Shown piece by piece: positions 48,247 through 58,522 of a stretch of DNA of 64,000 nt. The position numbers and the translations under genes were made by a program. Where the stretch lies: contig DYTN01000002.1 in NCBI GenBank assembly GCA_020725925.1, positions 44,621 through 108,620 on the forward strand, read 5' to 3'. The notes beneath the pieces are model-generated. The model ran no database searches, was not told the DNA's origin, and worked only from the letters and a program-made list of their open reading frames with translations. Numbering within the stretch: position 1 is the first letter of the stretch; every line of letters starts with the position of its first letter. This stretch comes from Methanobacteriota archaeon (lineage in GTDB: Archaea; Thermoplasmatota; Thermoplasmata; UBA10834).

Positions 48247-49545
48247 ATGCCGATGAAGCCCGTGCTCCAGGTCGCGCTCGACCTCGTCCATGCTGAGCGG
48301 GCGCTCAAGATAGCAGCCGATGCCGTCAAGGGCGGCGTCGACTGGATAGAGGCCGGCACTCCACTGATAAAGAGCGAGGGCATGGAGGTCGTGCGCCAGC
48401 TCAAGAAGACTTTCCCGAGGCACACCATCGTCGCGGACATGAAGACGATCGATGTCGGAGGCGCCGAGGTCGAGATCGCGGCGAAGTCGGGCGCGGATGT
48501 CGTGGTCGTCCTCGGTGTGTCATCGGACCCCACTATCACGGAGGCGATCCTGAGCGCAAGGCAGTACGGAGCCAAGGTCATGGTCGATCTCTTCAATGTC
48601 CATGGCATCAAGGCCCGGGCGAAGGAGGTCGAGTGCATGGGCGCGGACTACCTGTGCGTGCACATCGGCGTGGACGAGCAGATGGTGGGCGGCACGCCCC
48701 TTTCAGAACTCAGGACGCTCGCGAAAGCGACAAGACTGCCAATCGCTGTTGCAGGGGGCATCAACAGCGAGACCGCTCAGGACGTGGTCAAGGCCGGGGC
48801 GTCGATTGTCATAGTCGGCGGGGCCATCATCAAGGCGAAGGACGTCGCTGCGGCAGCAAGGTCGGTCAAGCGGGCGATGACCACGGGCAAGAAGGTCAAA
48901 ACCGAGCTGTTCAAGAAGTACGGCGAGAAGGACCTCTTTGAGGCCTTCTCGAAGGTGTCCTCGCCCAACGTCGCGGACGCCCAGCACAAGAAGGGCTCGA
49001 TGAAGGGCATCCACCCGAGGATCGCTCACGGCGTCAAGATGGTCGGGAAGGCGCTGACGGTGCACACAGTCAACGGCGACTGGGCCAAGTCCGTCGAGGC
49101 GATCGACCGGGCGAAGCCAGGCGATGTCATCGTCATCGACGCCTGCGCGGGCGACATCGCCGTCTGGGGAGAGCTTGCCTCTTGGAGCTGCAAGACCAAG
49201 GGTGTCGCGGGCGTGGTAATCGATGGCGCGGCTAGGGACATCGACTCGATCATCGAGATGGGCTTCCCGCTCTTCTCGAGGCATGTGACCTCCAACGCGG
49301 GGGAGCCCAAGGGCTACGGGGGCATAGGGCACGAGATCGTCTGCGGCGGAGTCACCGTCAGGACGGGCGACTGGATCATCGGAGATGAGAGCGGGGTGGT
49401 CGTCGTCCCGCAGGAGCACGCAGTCGAGGTAGCCAACAGGGCCCTGGACGTGATGGAGCGGGAGAACAGGCTCAGAGAGGAGATCAAGAAGGGCGGCACC
49501 CTCTCGAGCGTGATGAACCTCGAGAAATGGGAAAAGGTCGGTTGA
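48247..49545 (+). CDS. Bifunctional 3-hexulose-6-phosphate synthase (HPS, OMPDC-like barrel) fused to an RraA/MenG-like domain.
   Basis: - N-terminal ~210 aa: LQVALDL..DWIEAGTPLIK..VADMKTID..VAGGI (HPS).
- C-terminal ~210 aa: RraA-family pattern (GDVIVIDA..AVWGELAS..KGVAGVVIDGAARD). Confidence 0.8.
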   Translation: MPMKPVLQVALDLVHAERALKIAADAVKGGVDWIEAGTPLIKSEGMEVVRQLKKTFPRHTIVADMKTIDVGGAEVEIAAKSGADVVVVLGVSSDPTITEAILSARQYGAKVMVDLFNVHGIKARAKEVECMGADYLCVHIGVDEQMVGGTPLSELRTLAKATRLPIAVAGGINSETAQDVVKAGASIVIVGGAIIKAKDVAAAARSVKRAMTTGKKVKTELFKKYGEKDLFEAFSKVSSPNVADAQHKKGSMKGIHPRIAHGVKMVGKALTVHTVNGDWAKSVEAIDRAKPGDVIVIDACAGDIAVWGELASWSCKTKGVAGVVIDGAARDIDSIIEMGFPLFSRHVTSNAGEPKGYGGIGHEIVCGGVTVRTGDWIIGDESGVVVVPQEHAVEVANRALDVMERENRLREEIKKGGTLSSVMNLEKWEKVG

Positions 49546-49557
49546 AGGGCCTCCCGG

Positions 49558-50472
49558 TCAGCCGATGAAACCGGTCTGGTCGGCGAGCTGCTCCAGCCTC
49601 TTGACCCTCGACTCGATCGACGGGTGCGTCATGAATAGCGTTACGAGCCCGCTGCCCCTGAACGGGTTCACGATGAAGAGCGAGGCCGATGCGGGGCTGC
49701 CCCTCTGGAGAGGACGCCTCCGGTTGCCCTCCTCGAGCTTCTCGAGCGCGCGGGCCAGTGCCAGTGGTTTCTGGATCATGAGCGCGCCCTCCTTGTCCGC
49801 CTTGTACTCGCGGCTCCTCGAAATCGCGAGCCGCAGCAGCATGGCGGCCAGAGGGGCCGTGATGGCGACCACCAGGAGCAGCAGCGCGTTGTTATTGCTC
49901 CTCCTGCTGCCCATGGAGGCATACCACGCGTACCTAGCTGCGAAGGATATCGCGCCCGCAACTGTAGCAGCTATGGACATCACGAGCATGTCCCTGTCCT
50001 TGATGTGAGCCATCTCGTGGGCAAGGACGCCTTCGAGCTCGTCGTCAGTGAGCTGAGACATCAGTCCCTCGGTCGCCGCCACGACGGCGTTGTTCTTGTT
50101 CCTTCCAGTGGCGAACGCGTTCGGGGTCTGGGTCGACACGATGGCGATCCTCGGCATGGGCATGTCCCCCTTGAGGCAGACCTTGTTGACCACGTTGTAG
50201 AGCCTTGGGGCCTCCGCCTGAGAGGCGATCTTGGCCTTGTAGGACCAGAGCACTATCCTGTCGCTGAAGAAGTAACTGATGAAGTTGATTATCGCCGCGA
50301 GAACGAGGAACACGAGAGCTCCTGTGACCCAGTCGTTGAAGAACACGCCGCCCAGGACCCAGCCTATGACCATGAACAGGGCTATCAGGGCGCCGAAAAG
50401 CGCGGCTATCCTCAATGTGGCCTGCATTAGGTCTACTCCCCCTCTTCGTGCATGTCGGTGTGCAGGTCCCAT
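49558..50472 (-). CDS. htpX: HtpX-like M48 zinc metalloprotease.
   Basis: - HEMAHIKDRD (HExxH).
- TM helices.
- GTHPSIESR-like C-terminus.
- Real start probably the Met at 50427. Confidence 0.85.
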   Translation of the reverse strand: MGPAHRHARRGGVDLMQATLRIAALFGALIALFMVIGWVLGGVFFNDWVTGALVFLVLAAIINFISYFFSDRIVLWSYKAKIASQAEAPRLYNVVNKVCLKGDMPMPRIAIVSTQTPNAFATGRNKNNAVVAATEGLMSQLTDDELEGVLAHEMAHIKDRDMLVMSIAATVAGAISFAARYAWYASMGSRRSNNNALLLLVVAITAPLAAMLLRLAISRSREYKADKEGALMIQKPLALARALEKLEEGNRRRPLQRGSPASASLFIVNPFRGSGLVTLFMTHPSIESRVKRLEQLADQTGFIG

Positions 50473-50643
50473 TTACTCCAATGTCGGATAAGAAGCTTTC
50501 GACGTGAGTCCTACGCAAGTCGACGAATCTGATCGTCCTCCTTCGAGACCCGCATGAGAACGGAAGTAAGGGTTTATTGGGAATGAGAGCTTACCATCCG
50601 CGGGGGAGAATTCTCCGCCCTGACTCTCGAAGCACCCCAGCAG

Positions 50644-52122
50644 GTGTTCAAGATGGAGACGACAGACGACAAGATGGAAAGAAGGCTGTACAGCCATGAC
50701 CTCGCACCGCTTCCGAAGGAGATGGACCTCATCTTCAAGACCATGCCCGACCACGTCGACAGGCCGCAGTACGCCCAGGATGTCGCGCAACTGGTCAAGA
50801 AGGCCATAAACACGAACACGCCCCTCGTTCCGAGGGGGGCGGGCACCTGGGGCCTCGGGGGCTCGGTCCCGGTCAAGGGCGGGCGCGTCCTGGACATGAC
50901 CGCCATGAACAAGATCCTCAGCATCGATGAGGTGAATCTAATCGTCACCGTCCAGCCAGGGGTGACGTGGAAGGCGCTCGCTGATGCTCTGGACGCGAAG
51001 GGCCTCTTCCTGCCGTGCTATCCCAGCAGCTTCCCATCGGCCACGCTCGGCGGGTGGATCAACACTGGAGGCACGGGCATTGGTGCGTTCAAGTACGGCA
51101 GCGCGGGCGACCTCATCAGAGACCTCGAGGTCGTGCTTCCAACGGCCGAGATAATCCACACCGGGGACAAGTACGTCCCGCAGAACGGCGGAGGGCCCAA
51201 CCTGAACTGGCTGTTCGTTGGCTCGGAGGGCACGCTCGGCGTCGTAACAGAGATCACCTTCGCAGTCCTGCCGAAGCCCGAGGAACTCAGGCCGGTCACA
51301 TATTCCTTCGACGACCTCAGGAGTTTCCAGCCAGCCCTCAAGAGGCTCGTCAGGAGCGGCGTCGCACCGATGCACATCATGTTCGGTGACAGGCTGCACT
51401 ACGAGTACCTCAGGGCCATAGGCAAGCACGCGCCCGATGTCGGGGCACTGGTCACGATGTCCCTCACGGGCACGAAGGCCCAGGTGGACATGGACGAGAA
51501 GACGATAGATGAGATCATGACCGCCGCGGGCGCGAAGAAGGAGCCCAAGGAGCTCGCGCAGCACGAGTGGACTGAGCGAAGCTACGAGTTCCGGGTCCGG
51601 GAGCTCGGCGTGGGTGCCATTCCCGGCGAGATACTCGTGCCCATAGAGAACCTGAACAAGGTCCTGGACGGCACGGCGAAGCTGATCCAGCAGCTCAAGC
51701 TCAAGGCGCCCTTGATCGGCACCGTCGTGGACAACAACACGGCCATGCTCATGCCGTACTATCTGACGGACGAGCACAAGCTCGTTGCGTCGACTGCAGC
51801 TATGGGCTTCGCCAAGAGGCTCGGGGACCTGGCCTTCGAGAACGGCGGGAGGCCAGTGGGCCTGGGCATATTCTTCGCCGGGAACCTGGCGAAGTACAGG
51901 GGCAGGGACGGCGCGATGCTCATCCGGAAGCTCAAGGACACGATGGACCCGTACGGCATCATGAACCCAGGCAAGATGGTGGAGACTGGCACTCGGTTCG
52001 GCATATCCATGCCCGCGTTCCTGATGAACTTCGGCATGCACTTGATGGGCTCTGTGAAGAGGATCCTCCCCAGGGACAAGATGGGCGAGAGGGAACTCTC
52101 GAAGCTGAAGAAGGGCCACTGA
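50644..52122 (+). CDS. FAD-linked oxidase (PCMH-type FAD-binding; GlcD/D-lactate dehydrogenase family).
   Basis: PRGAGTWGLGGSVP and GSEGTLGVVTEIT FAD-binding signatures, plus a C-terminal FAD-oxidase_C domain. Confidence 0.8.
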   Translation: MFKMETTDDKMERRLYSHDLAPLPKEMDLIFKTMPDHVDRPQYAQDVAQLVKKAINTNTPLVPRGAGTWGLGGSVPVKGGRVLDMTAMNKILSIDEVNLIVTVQPGVTWKALADALDAKGLFLPCYPSSFPSATLGGWINTGGTGIGAFKYGSAGDLIRDLEVVLPTAEIIHTGDKYVPQNGGGPNLNWLFVGSEGTLGVVTEITFAVLPKPEELRPVTYSFDDLRSFQPALKRLVRSGVAPMHIMFGDRLHYEYLRAIGKHAPDVGALVTMSLTGTKAQVDMDEKTIDEIMTAAGAKKEPKELAQHEWTERSYEFRVRELGVGAIPGEILVPIENLNKVLDGTAKLIQQLKLKAPLIGTVVDNNTAMLMPYYLTDEHKLVASTAAMGFAKRLGDLAFENGGRPVGLGIFFAGNLAKYRGRDGAMLIRKLKDTMDPYGIMNPGKMVETGTRFGISMPAFLMNFGMHLMGSVKRILPRDKMGERELSKLKKGH

Positions 52123-52128
52123 AGGGCT

Positions 52129-52698
52129 TCACGCTGCCGCCAGGGAAGGGTACGACCTCTTGACATAGTACGACAGCAGGGCGCCTATGGTGCCGCCGAG
52201 CACCACCTGGGCCACATTGATTGGAACCTCGGCCAGGGCCTTCCCCAGGCCGACGTTGAGCACCAGCAATTCGCCCACGAAGTATGTCGTTATCATGCAC
52301 AGGCCGCCGACGGCAATCCCAGCGACCACAGCCCATAGCTGCCCGCCACGGAGCCTGCCAATCACTCCGGCCACATAGCCCTCTGCGCCCTTCGCCACCA
52401 GCGTTATCGGCGCGTATATCCCGGAGCCCAGGAGTATGTCCGCGGCTGCGGAGCCTATCCCTCCGCAGATCATGCCCGCCCTCCACCCGAAGGCGAGCGC
52501 GGAGAAGAACACCATCGACTCCCCGAGGTTGAAGTAGCCCTTGGTGGGCGAGAAGGGCGTGTACGAGGCGTACGTGACCGCCGCGGTGAGTGCCGTGAGG
52601 ACGCCATAGACAGCTACCACCTTGGGCGAGACGAACTTGGCCGGCTTCGACTGCGCCAGCGCTGGTCGTCCTTCGGGTTCAATGCTTGGCTCCGCCAT
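52129..52698 (-). CDS. ECF transporter S (substrate-capture) component, substrate unknown.
   Basis: Small 6-TM protein immediately downstream of ecfA-ecfA-ecfT on the same strand. Confidence 0.55.
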   Translation of the reverse strand: MAEPSIEPEGRPALAQSKPAKFVSPKVVAVYGVLTALTAAVTYASYTPFSPTKGYFNLGESMVFFSALAFGWRAGMICGGIGSAAADILLGSGIYAPITLVAKGAEGYVAGVIGRLRGGQLWAVVAGIAVGGLCMITTYFVGELLVLNVGLGKALAEVPINVAQVVLGGTIGALLSYYVKRSYPSLAAA

Positions 52699-52759
52699 GT
52701 TCCCCGAGGCTACACTACGACCCCGTACTTAAACTATGATGTCGCAAGGGGACGAGGGC

Positions 52760-53551
52760 TCATATCTGGACATGGAGAAGGAACTTGGCCACGGCCGGGA
52801 GCACCAGCAGCGCCACAAGGACAGTCAGCGCGACATAGTCCGCCGGGCGCATCGAAAGCTCGCGCAAGTACGTTCTGTCGGCCCTCGCGCCGTAGGCCCT
52901 CGATTGCAGCGCGAGGGAGAGAGTGTCGGCAGTGCGGAGAGCGGACACGATGGTGGGGACGAGGACTGCCACGTAGTTCTTCGACCGCCTGACCAGACCG
53001 CCCTTGCTCAGCTCGAGGCCCCGTGCGCGCTGGGCGTCCTTGATGGATTCTATGAGGACGCCGAACGTCGGCAGAAACCGCAGGGAGATCGCGAGTGTCA
53101 GACCATAGTCGAACCTGAGCCCCAGCTTCACGAGTGCTCGGACGAGATCGCGCTGCGACGTCGTGAACATGAGTATGTACCACACCGTGGCGAGGCAGCC
53201 GACGCGCACGGCTGAGGTGACGCCGCGCCAGATCGCTGGCTCAGTGATCTTCACTGGCCCGAGCTCCGCCAAGACCGGAGTGCCCGACGGGTCGAACAGC
53301 GGCCACAGGACCACTATCAGCACCATGAACCGGACGACGAACTTGAGGGCGAAGAGGGTCCTCGAGAGGGTCGCCCTCGCAAGGAACAGCAGCAGGAAGA
53401 TGAAGCCCAGCAGCAGAAGGAGCGAGTCCAGATTGGAGAGGATGAACGCCAGGACGCTAAGCAGCAGCACCGCTATGATCTTGACCCTGGGATCGAGCCT
53501 GTGGAGGAACGTGTCGGCCGGTGTGAAGAGATCCACGAAACCGCCCGTCAT
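52760..53551 (-). CDS. ecfT: ECF transporter T component (EcfT/CbiQ family).
   Basis: CbiQ-like TM pattern with conserved ARG..L...R motifs. Confidence 0.8.
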   Translation of the reverse strand: MTGGFVDLFTPADTFLHRLDPRVKIIAVLLLSVLAFILSNLDSLLLLLGFIFLLLFLARATLSRTLFALKFVVRFMVLIVVLWPLFDPSGTPVLAELGPVKITEPAIWRGVTSAVRVGCLATVWYILMFTTSQRDLVRALVKLGLRFDYGLTLAISLRFLPTFGVLIESIKDAQRARGLELSKGGLVRRSKNYVAVLVPTIVSALRTADTLSLALQSRAYGARADRTYLRELSMRPADYVALTVLVALLVLPAVAKFLLHVQI

Positions 53552-54405
53552 TTGATCCCCCCTGCCCTCAGAACTTGGAACACCAGCTCCTGTGGCGATA
53601 TGATGTCCTTCGGAATCCCTCTCTCGACGAGCCTGTGGGCCAGCTGCGTCACTGCGGGCGGCTGCAGGTTGCTCTGGCGCAACAGGTCCAGGTCGGAGAA
53701 GGCGCCCCTGGGGTCGGAGTCGAGGAGCACCCTTCCTTGGGAGAGCACAATCACGCGCTTCGCGTGGTCGGCGACCAGCCTCATGTCATGAGTGATGAGT
53801 ATGATGGTCTTGCCCTCGTCGTTGAGCACCTTGAGCTTGGCCATGAGCTCCTCGGTCTCCTCGTTGTCGAGGCCCGTGCTGGGCTCGTCGAGTATCAGCA
53901 CCTCGGGGTTCATGGCAATCACTGAGGCAATCGACACCCTCCGCCTCTCGCCGAGTCTGAGCGAAAGCGGCGCAACGGCCCTCAGCTTGCCGAGGGCCAT
54001 TGCCTCGACGGCGCGATCGACGTTCTTCCTGACCTCGTCCTCGGGATAGCCGAGGTTCTGAGGCCCGAACCTGATCTCCTCCTCCACCGATGAGCAGAAC
54101 AGCTGGTGGTCTGGGTTCTGGAAGGCGTACCCCACAGTCTTGGCCAGCTCAGCGACGGTCATCTGGGACGCGTCCCTCTCCTCGATGAGCACCTGCCCGC
54201 TCGTCGGCCTCAGCAGGCCGTTGAGAGTTTTGGCAAGCGTGGTCTTCCCCGAGCCGTTCCCTCCGACGATTGCGGCGTACTCGCCGCGCTTGAAGTCCAA
54301 AGATACTTCCACCAGCGCGGTCACGCCGCCCTCGTAGACGTACTTCAGGTTTCGGATGGTGATGACCTTCCCCTCGTGCAGGGGCGAGACGATGCTGGGG
54401 ATCAC
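53548..54405 (-). CDS. ecfA: ECF transporter ATPase component (EcfA/CbiO).
   Basis: Walker A GGNGSGKTT, LSLGERRRV signature, ILDEPSTGLD. Confidence 0.85.
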   Translation of the reverse strand: MIPSIVSPLHEGKVITIRNLKYVYEGGVTALVEVSLDFKRGEYAAIVGGNGSGKTTLAKTLNGLLRPTSGQVLIEERDASQMTVAELAKTVGYAFQNPDHQLFCSSVEEEIRFGPQNLGYPEDEVRKNVDRAVEAMALGKLRAVAPLSLRLGERRRVSIASVIAMNPEVLILDEPSTGLDNEETEELMAKLKVLNDEGKTIILITHDMRLVADHAKRVIVLSQGRVLLDSDPRGAFSDLDLLRQSNLQPPAVTQLAHRLVERGIPKDIISPQELVFQVLRAGGIK

Positions 54406-55271
54406 CTCCGACCCCTCCCGACTTTCGAGAACACATTTCCGGCAATGGCGGCTTCGGCTTCGTCAACCGTGAGGAAGGAGAACTCTGAGGTCATCAGTCT
54501 GGTGTTGAGCAGATCCGCGACCTCGGAGACCTGCGGCGGACTGATGCCCAGCGTGCGAAGCCGTTCGGACTTGCGAAGTATCAGCCTTGGAGGACCCGCC
54601 TCCAGGACCCTTCCGGCCTTCATCAGGACGAGCCTGTCGGAGAACGCCGCTGCCTCCTCTGCGTCCCTCTCGGCCAGTACTACCGTCATGCCATGGCGCT
54701 CCTTGAGGTCCTCGAGGACCGAGTAGAGCTCCATACGGCCGACTGGATCAAGGGCGTATGCGGGCTCGTCCAGGACGAGGATTTGAGGGCGCATGGAGAG
54801 CGCAGCGGCGATGGCGACGCGCTGTTTCTGCCCGCCCGACAGGCTGAAGGGAGAGCGGTCGTTGTATCCCTTCATGCCCACGAGCTCTAGCGCCCACTCG
54901 ACTCTGTCCCGCAACTCCTCCCTGGGCACCGCGAGGTTCTCCGGCCCGAACGCGACCTCCTCCTCGACGCTCATGCAGAACAGTTGGCTCTCTGGCTCCT
55001 GAAAGACCATCCCCACGATCGTCGACAGCTCAGCCACTGAGTGCTCGACGACGTCGTACCCGAACACGCTCACCTTTCCCTGGAGCTCCCCCGGGAGCGC
55101 GTGCGGTATGAGGCCGTTCGCGAGCATGCAGAGGGTCGACTTGCCCGAGCCATTCGCCCCCAGGAGGGTGACGAACTCGCCCTTCTCGACCTCCAGGGAC
55201 ACCTTCTCCAGAGCCCATTCCTTGGAGCCCAGGTGCTTGAAACTGACATCCCTCAGGTCGAGCGCGCGCAT
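54402..55271 (-). CDS. ecfA: ECF transporter ATPase component (second EcfA).
   Basis: GANGSGKST, LSGGQKQRVAIA, LVLDEPAYALD. Confidence 0.85.
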   Translation of the reverse strand: MRALDLRDVSFKHLGSKEWALEKVSLEVEKGEFVTLLGANGSGKSTLCMLANGLIPHALPGELQGKVSVFGYDVVEHSVAELSTIVGMVFQEPESQLFCMSVEEEVAFGPENLAVPREELRDRVEWALELVGMKGYNDRSPFSLSGGQKQRVAIAAALSMRPQILVLDEPAYALDPVGRMELYSVLEDLKERHGMTVVLAERDAEEAAAFSDRLVLMKAGRVLEAGPPRLILRKSERLRTLGISPPQVSEVADLLNTRLMTSEFSFLTVDEAEAAIAGNVFSKVGRGRR

Positions 55272-55355
55272 GGACGGCCTCTTGAATGGCGCTCAATCGG
55301 GAGGTTCTGTATTAAACCTTTGTAACCTTAGCCAGCAGCGCGCCCGATGCGAGAA

Positions 55356-56234
55356 TCAGGCGCAGCAGTAGAACTCCTTCTTGGCCTTCCGGACCAACTT
55401 GACCTTTCCCTGCTTCATCAACGCGTCCAATGCCTGCACGAACTGCTCCTTGGGCAGCCTGACGGCGCGCACGAGGTCCCTGGAAGACAGTTCGCCGCCT
55501 AGCAGCGACTCAAGGATCCTGGCCTGAGCTTCCTGCTCGTCCTTGGCCGGGACCATCTGCAGAGTCTTCCTGACGACCGGCGCTGGGGGCGGTATCAGGC
55601 AGTAGAGTTCCGTCCCGTCCCTCAGCAGCCGCCTGGCGCTCTCGGACGATATGAGCCTGCCGAGCGAGAGGGTTATCTGGTCCTCGGAGTAGCCGGTCCT
55701 CGCCTTGAGCTCGTCTATGGTCCTGCCCTGCTCGTCCAGGAGCGCGAGTATCTCGCCATCGACCTGGTTGTCCGATGGCCTCCTGTCCTTCACCACCGAG
55801 AGCTGGTCCAGATGGGTCCTCAGGAACTCCTTGCTGGCTTCCTTGAAGTGGTCCAGGTCCCTCTCCAGAAGGACCTCGAGCTCGGCCACGTCGAGCCCCA
55901 TGTCCCTCCACCGCTCCAGCTTCGCCTTGTACACGGACTTCTTCAGCTCCGCGGGCCTCAGGTCGACATAGTGAGTGACCTCGTGCCTGGTCCTGGCGGA
56001 TGTCTCCTCGTCGGCATCCGTCCTCGTCGTGAGAGTGTACCTGACCTTCGCCCCCTTGAGCGCGTGATGGATCTCCTCGAGCTTGTCGAACAGCCGCTCG
56101 TCCTCCACGAGGCTGAGCTCGAAATCGTAGTCGCCGACCACGGGCACTGCGCCGATCCTGCGCAGGCGCTCGATGACCTGCTTGGGCGACTCCCCCTCGC
56201 TGCTGAGCTCCACTCGGATGTAAGTCTTGATCAT
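55356..56234 (-). CDS. Hypothetical protein with two winged-helix-like modules.
   Basis: 292 aa. wH-like segments GEILALLDEQGRTIDELKARTGYS and ARILESLLGGELSSRDLVRAV. Divergent from priS. Confidence 0.45.
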   Translation of the reverse strand: MIKTYIRVELSSEGESPKQVIERLRRIGAVPVVGDYDFELSLVEDERLFDKLEEIHHALKGAKVRYTLTTRTDADEETSARTRHEVTHYVDLRPAELKKSVYKAKLERWRDMGLDVAELEVLLERDLDHFKEASKEFLRTHLDQLSVVKDRRPSDNQVDGEILALLDEQGRTIDELKARTGYSEDQITLSLGRLISSESARRLLRDGTELYCLIPPPAPVVRKTLQMVPAKDEQEAQARILESLLGGELSSRDLVRAVRLPKEQFVQALDALMKQGKVKLVRKAKKEFYCCA

Positions 56235-56358
56235 CCTTCCGACCTGTCTGGAGCAGTTGATGGGGGTGGGGGGTTTTTATGGTTTCTGAATTGATGCTAC
56301 TAGCAGCTGTCAGGCAGATAACAGCTTAATATACAGGTCAAGGCACTGACTCGCTGAC

Positions 56359-57588
56359 ATGCCCTTGGACGAGTCGACCAGGTTTGTCATGAGGATGTTC
56401 TCGAAGCACTACAGGGAGGCGCCGCTCCATATGCCGGACCGGTTCTCCAAGCGCGAGTTCGGGTTCATGTTCTTCGACAGGCAGGGCATGGTCAGGCACG
56501 TCGGGTTCCCCCAGAGAGCGCAGCTGAAGAACTACCTCGTCGAGCAGGTGCCCGCGCATGTGTACTACTCATGTGCGTACTACGAAAAGCCAGATGCGCA
56601 GACGATGGCCGAGAAGAGCTGGCAGGGCGCGGATCTGATCTTCGATCTTGATGCGGATCACGTGGAAGGAGCCCAGGACCTTCCATACGCAAAGATGCTG
56701 GTGAGGGTGAAGGAGGAGGTCATCAGGCTCATCGACGAGTTCCTCCTGGGAGACCTCGGGTTCGACCAGGATGACCTCAGGATCGTCTTCTCCGGAGGCA
56801 GGGGATACCATGTGCACATCAGCGACCCCAAGGTGCTCAAGTTGAGCAGCCACGAGCGACGAGAGATCGTCGACTACATCACTGGCACGGACCTCGACAT
56901 AGACTGGGTGTTCCCATCGACAACCTTCGAGATCGGCAGGTTCAAGGACAGGGTGGACGCGGATAGGAAGCGCGCGATGCCCCTGGCATCGGAAGGTGGC
57001 TGGAGGGCGAGGATGAGGAAGGGAATAGACTCGCTCCTCGAGGAGCTGGAGAGGCTCACAAACACGGAGGCAACGATGCGCCTGGCCGAGATGTTCAAGG
57101 ACTCCAAGCGCGAGATAGGCAAGAAGACAATCGAGGGGTTGTACAAGGACCTCTTCGGAGGCAGAAAAGGAAGACGCGGAGTGGACAGGATGAGGGACGA
57201 GAACACCTTCGAGGTGTTCTCCGAGAAGAGACACGCTGATGCCTTCATGGACCTGGTGGACATGCGCGTGAGGGTCAAGATGAAGGGGGAAACGGACGAG
57301 CCCGTCACCTCGGACATCAAGAGGCTCATCAGGCTTCCGAGCTCCCTTCACGGCAAGACGGGGTTCGAGGTCGTGCCACTCGACAGGGACAGGTTGGACG
57401 AGTTCGACCCGTTCAGAGACGCTGTGCCCGAAACACTCGGGGATGAGGCCGTCGAGATCGTGCTCGAGAATCCCGTGCAGCTGGATCTACGGGATGAGCG
57501 GTTCGACCTCGGGCCCGGCAAGGCCGAGGTTCCAACGTTCGCCGCGGTCCACCTCATCTGCAGGAAGCAGGCGAGGATCGGACCGTGA
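56359..57588 (+). CDS. priS: DNA primase small (catalytic) subunit PriS.
   Basis: Prim-Pol signatures FGFMFFD, DLDADH and RLPSSLHGKTG. TATA-like CTTAATATAC ~30 nt upstream. Confidence 0.8.
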   Translation: MPLDESTRFVMRMFSKHYREAPLHMPDRFSKREFGFMFFDRQGMVRHVGFPQRAQLKNYLVEQVPAHVYYSCAYYEKPDAQTMAEKSWQGADLIFDLDADHVEGAQDLPYAKMLVRVKEEVIRLIDEFLLGDLGFDQDDLRIVFSGGRGYHVHISDPKVLKLSSHERREIVDYITGTDLDIDWVFPSTTFEIGRFKDRVDADRKRAMPLASEGGWRARMRKGIDSLLEELERLTNTEATMRLAEMFKDSKREIGKKTIEGLYKDLFGGRKGRRGVDRMRDENTFEVFSEKRHADAFMDLVDMRVRVKMKGETDEPVTSDIKRLIRLPSSLHGKTGFEVVPLDRDRLDEFDPFRDAVPETLGDEAVEIVLENPVQLDLRDERFDLGPGKAEVPTFAAVHLICRKQARIGP

Positions 57589-57682
57589 GCTGGGTCCTGG
57601 CCCGCGATTGCCCAGCTTGTCGTCCACCTTGAGATTCCAGCGCGCAAAACTATTTATCAAGTACCACTCATTTAAACACGCG

Positions 57683-58522
57683 ATGCCGACATCAGGCAAG
57701 GTCCTCGAAGACTCCATCCGTCTGAGCAGGATCAGGAAGATCAAGCTCACGCTCTACCTCGTCCAGGCGGTGATGCTGGTGGTCCTCGCCATCGTGGTGG
57801 TGTTCGTCGTCGGTGGGGCGCAGCTCCAGCCCGTCCTGTTCATGCCTTTCGACTCGTTCCTAGCGGTCGTGGTGCTTCTCCTGCTGATCATATGCCTCGA
57901 GAGCTTCTTCTTCCGGATACTCGAGATCAGGTTCGCCAGGAGCTCGAGCGCGAGACATCTGATGGCCAAGAACTCGATGAAACGGGCTCTGCTGATCGCA
58001 ATCGTCACAGGCGTCCTGGCGGCCGTGCTAGCAGTCCCTGCAATCAGGGGTGCGCTCGAGGGAACGGGCAGCAGCTCGACAGACATCACCGCGAGCAATG
58101 TTCCACCATCCTTCTGGGCATCAGACCCACTCGCCCTCATGAGCGCAAAAGAGGTGGTGGTCTCCTCAACGAGGACGGTCCAGATCTACCTGCTCGACGA
58201 CGAAGTGTTCGACATGTACTGGGGCACGGAGAACGCGATGAACGCCCTGTACTCCTTCAGGCTCAACAAGGACAACTACATCGTGGAGGACCAGCTGGTA
58301 ATCGATGTGCCCGACCAGGGCTATGTGAAGTACCACGTCGTCCTCAACGACATGGACAACCCGACCACGTCCGCGACGGTGGAGGTGGTCAGGGAGATGT
58401 CCGGGACCTTCACGGGCATCGTCTCCCTCCTACTGATTTCGTTCGTGGCGGCGAACGTGGCGTGGTTCGCGTACCTGATCCCGATCGAGCGCAAGTACTC
58501 CGCGGGATCGATCTACAAGTGA
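57683..58522 (+). CDS. Hypothetical membrane protein (3-4 TM with extracytoplasmic domain).
   Basis: ATG 57683 after an AT-rich box (TTTAAACA). Confidence 0.5.
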   Translation: MPTSGKVLEDSIRLSRIRKIKLTLYLVQAVMLVVLAIVVVFVVGGAQLQPVLFMPFDSFLAVVVLLLLIICLESFFFRILEIRFARSSSARHLMAKNSMKRALLIAIVTGVLAAVLAVPAIRGALEGTGSSSTDITASNVPPSFWASDPLALMSAKEVVVSSTRTVQIYLLDDEVFDMYWGTENAMNALYSFRLNKDNYIVEDQLVIDVPDQGYVKYHVVLNDMDNPTTSATVEVVREMSGTFTGIVSLLLISFVAANVAWFAYLIPIERKYSAGSIYK

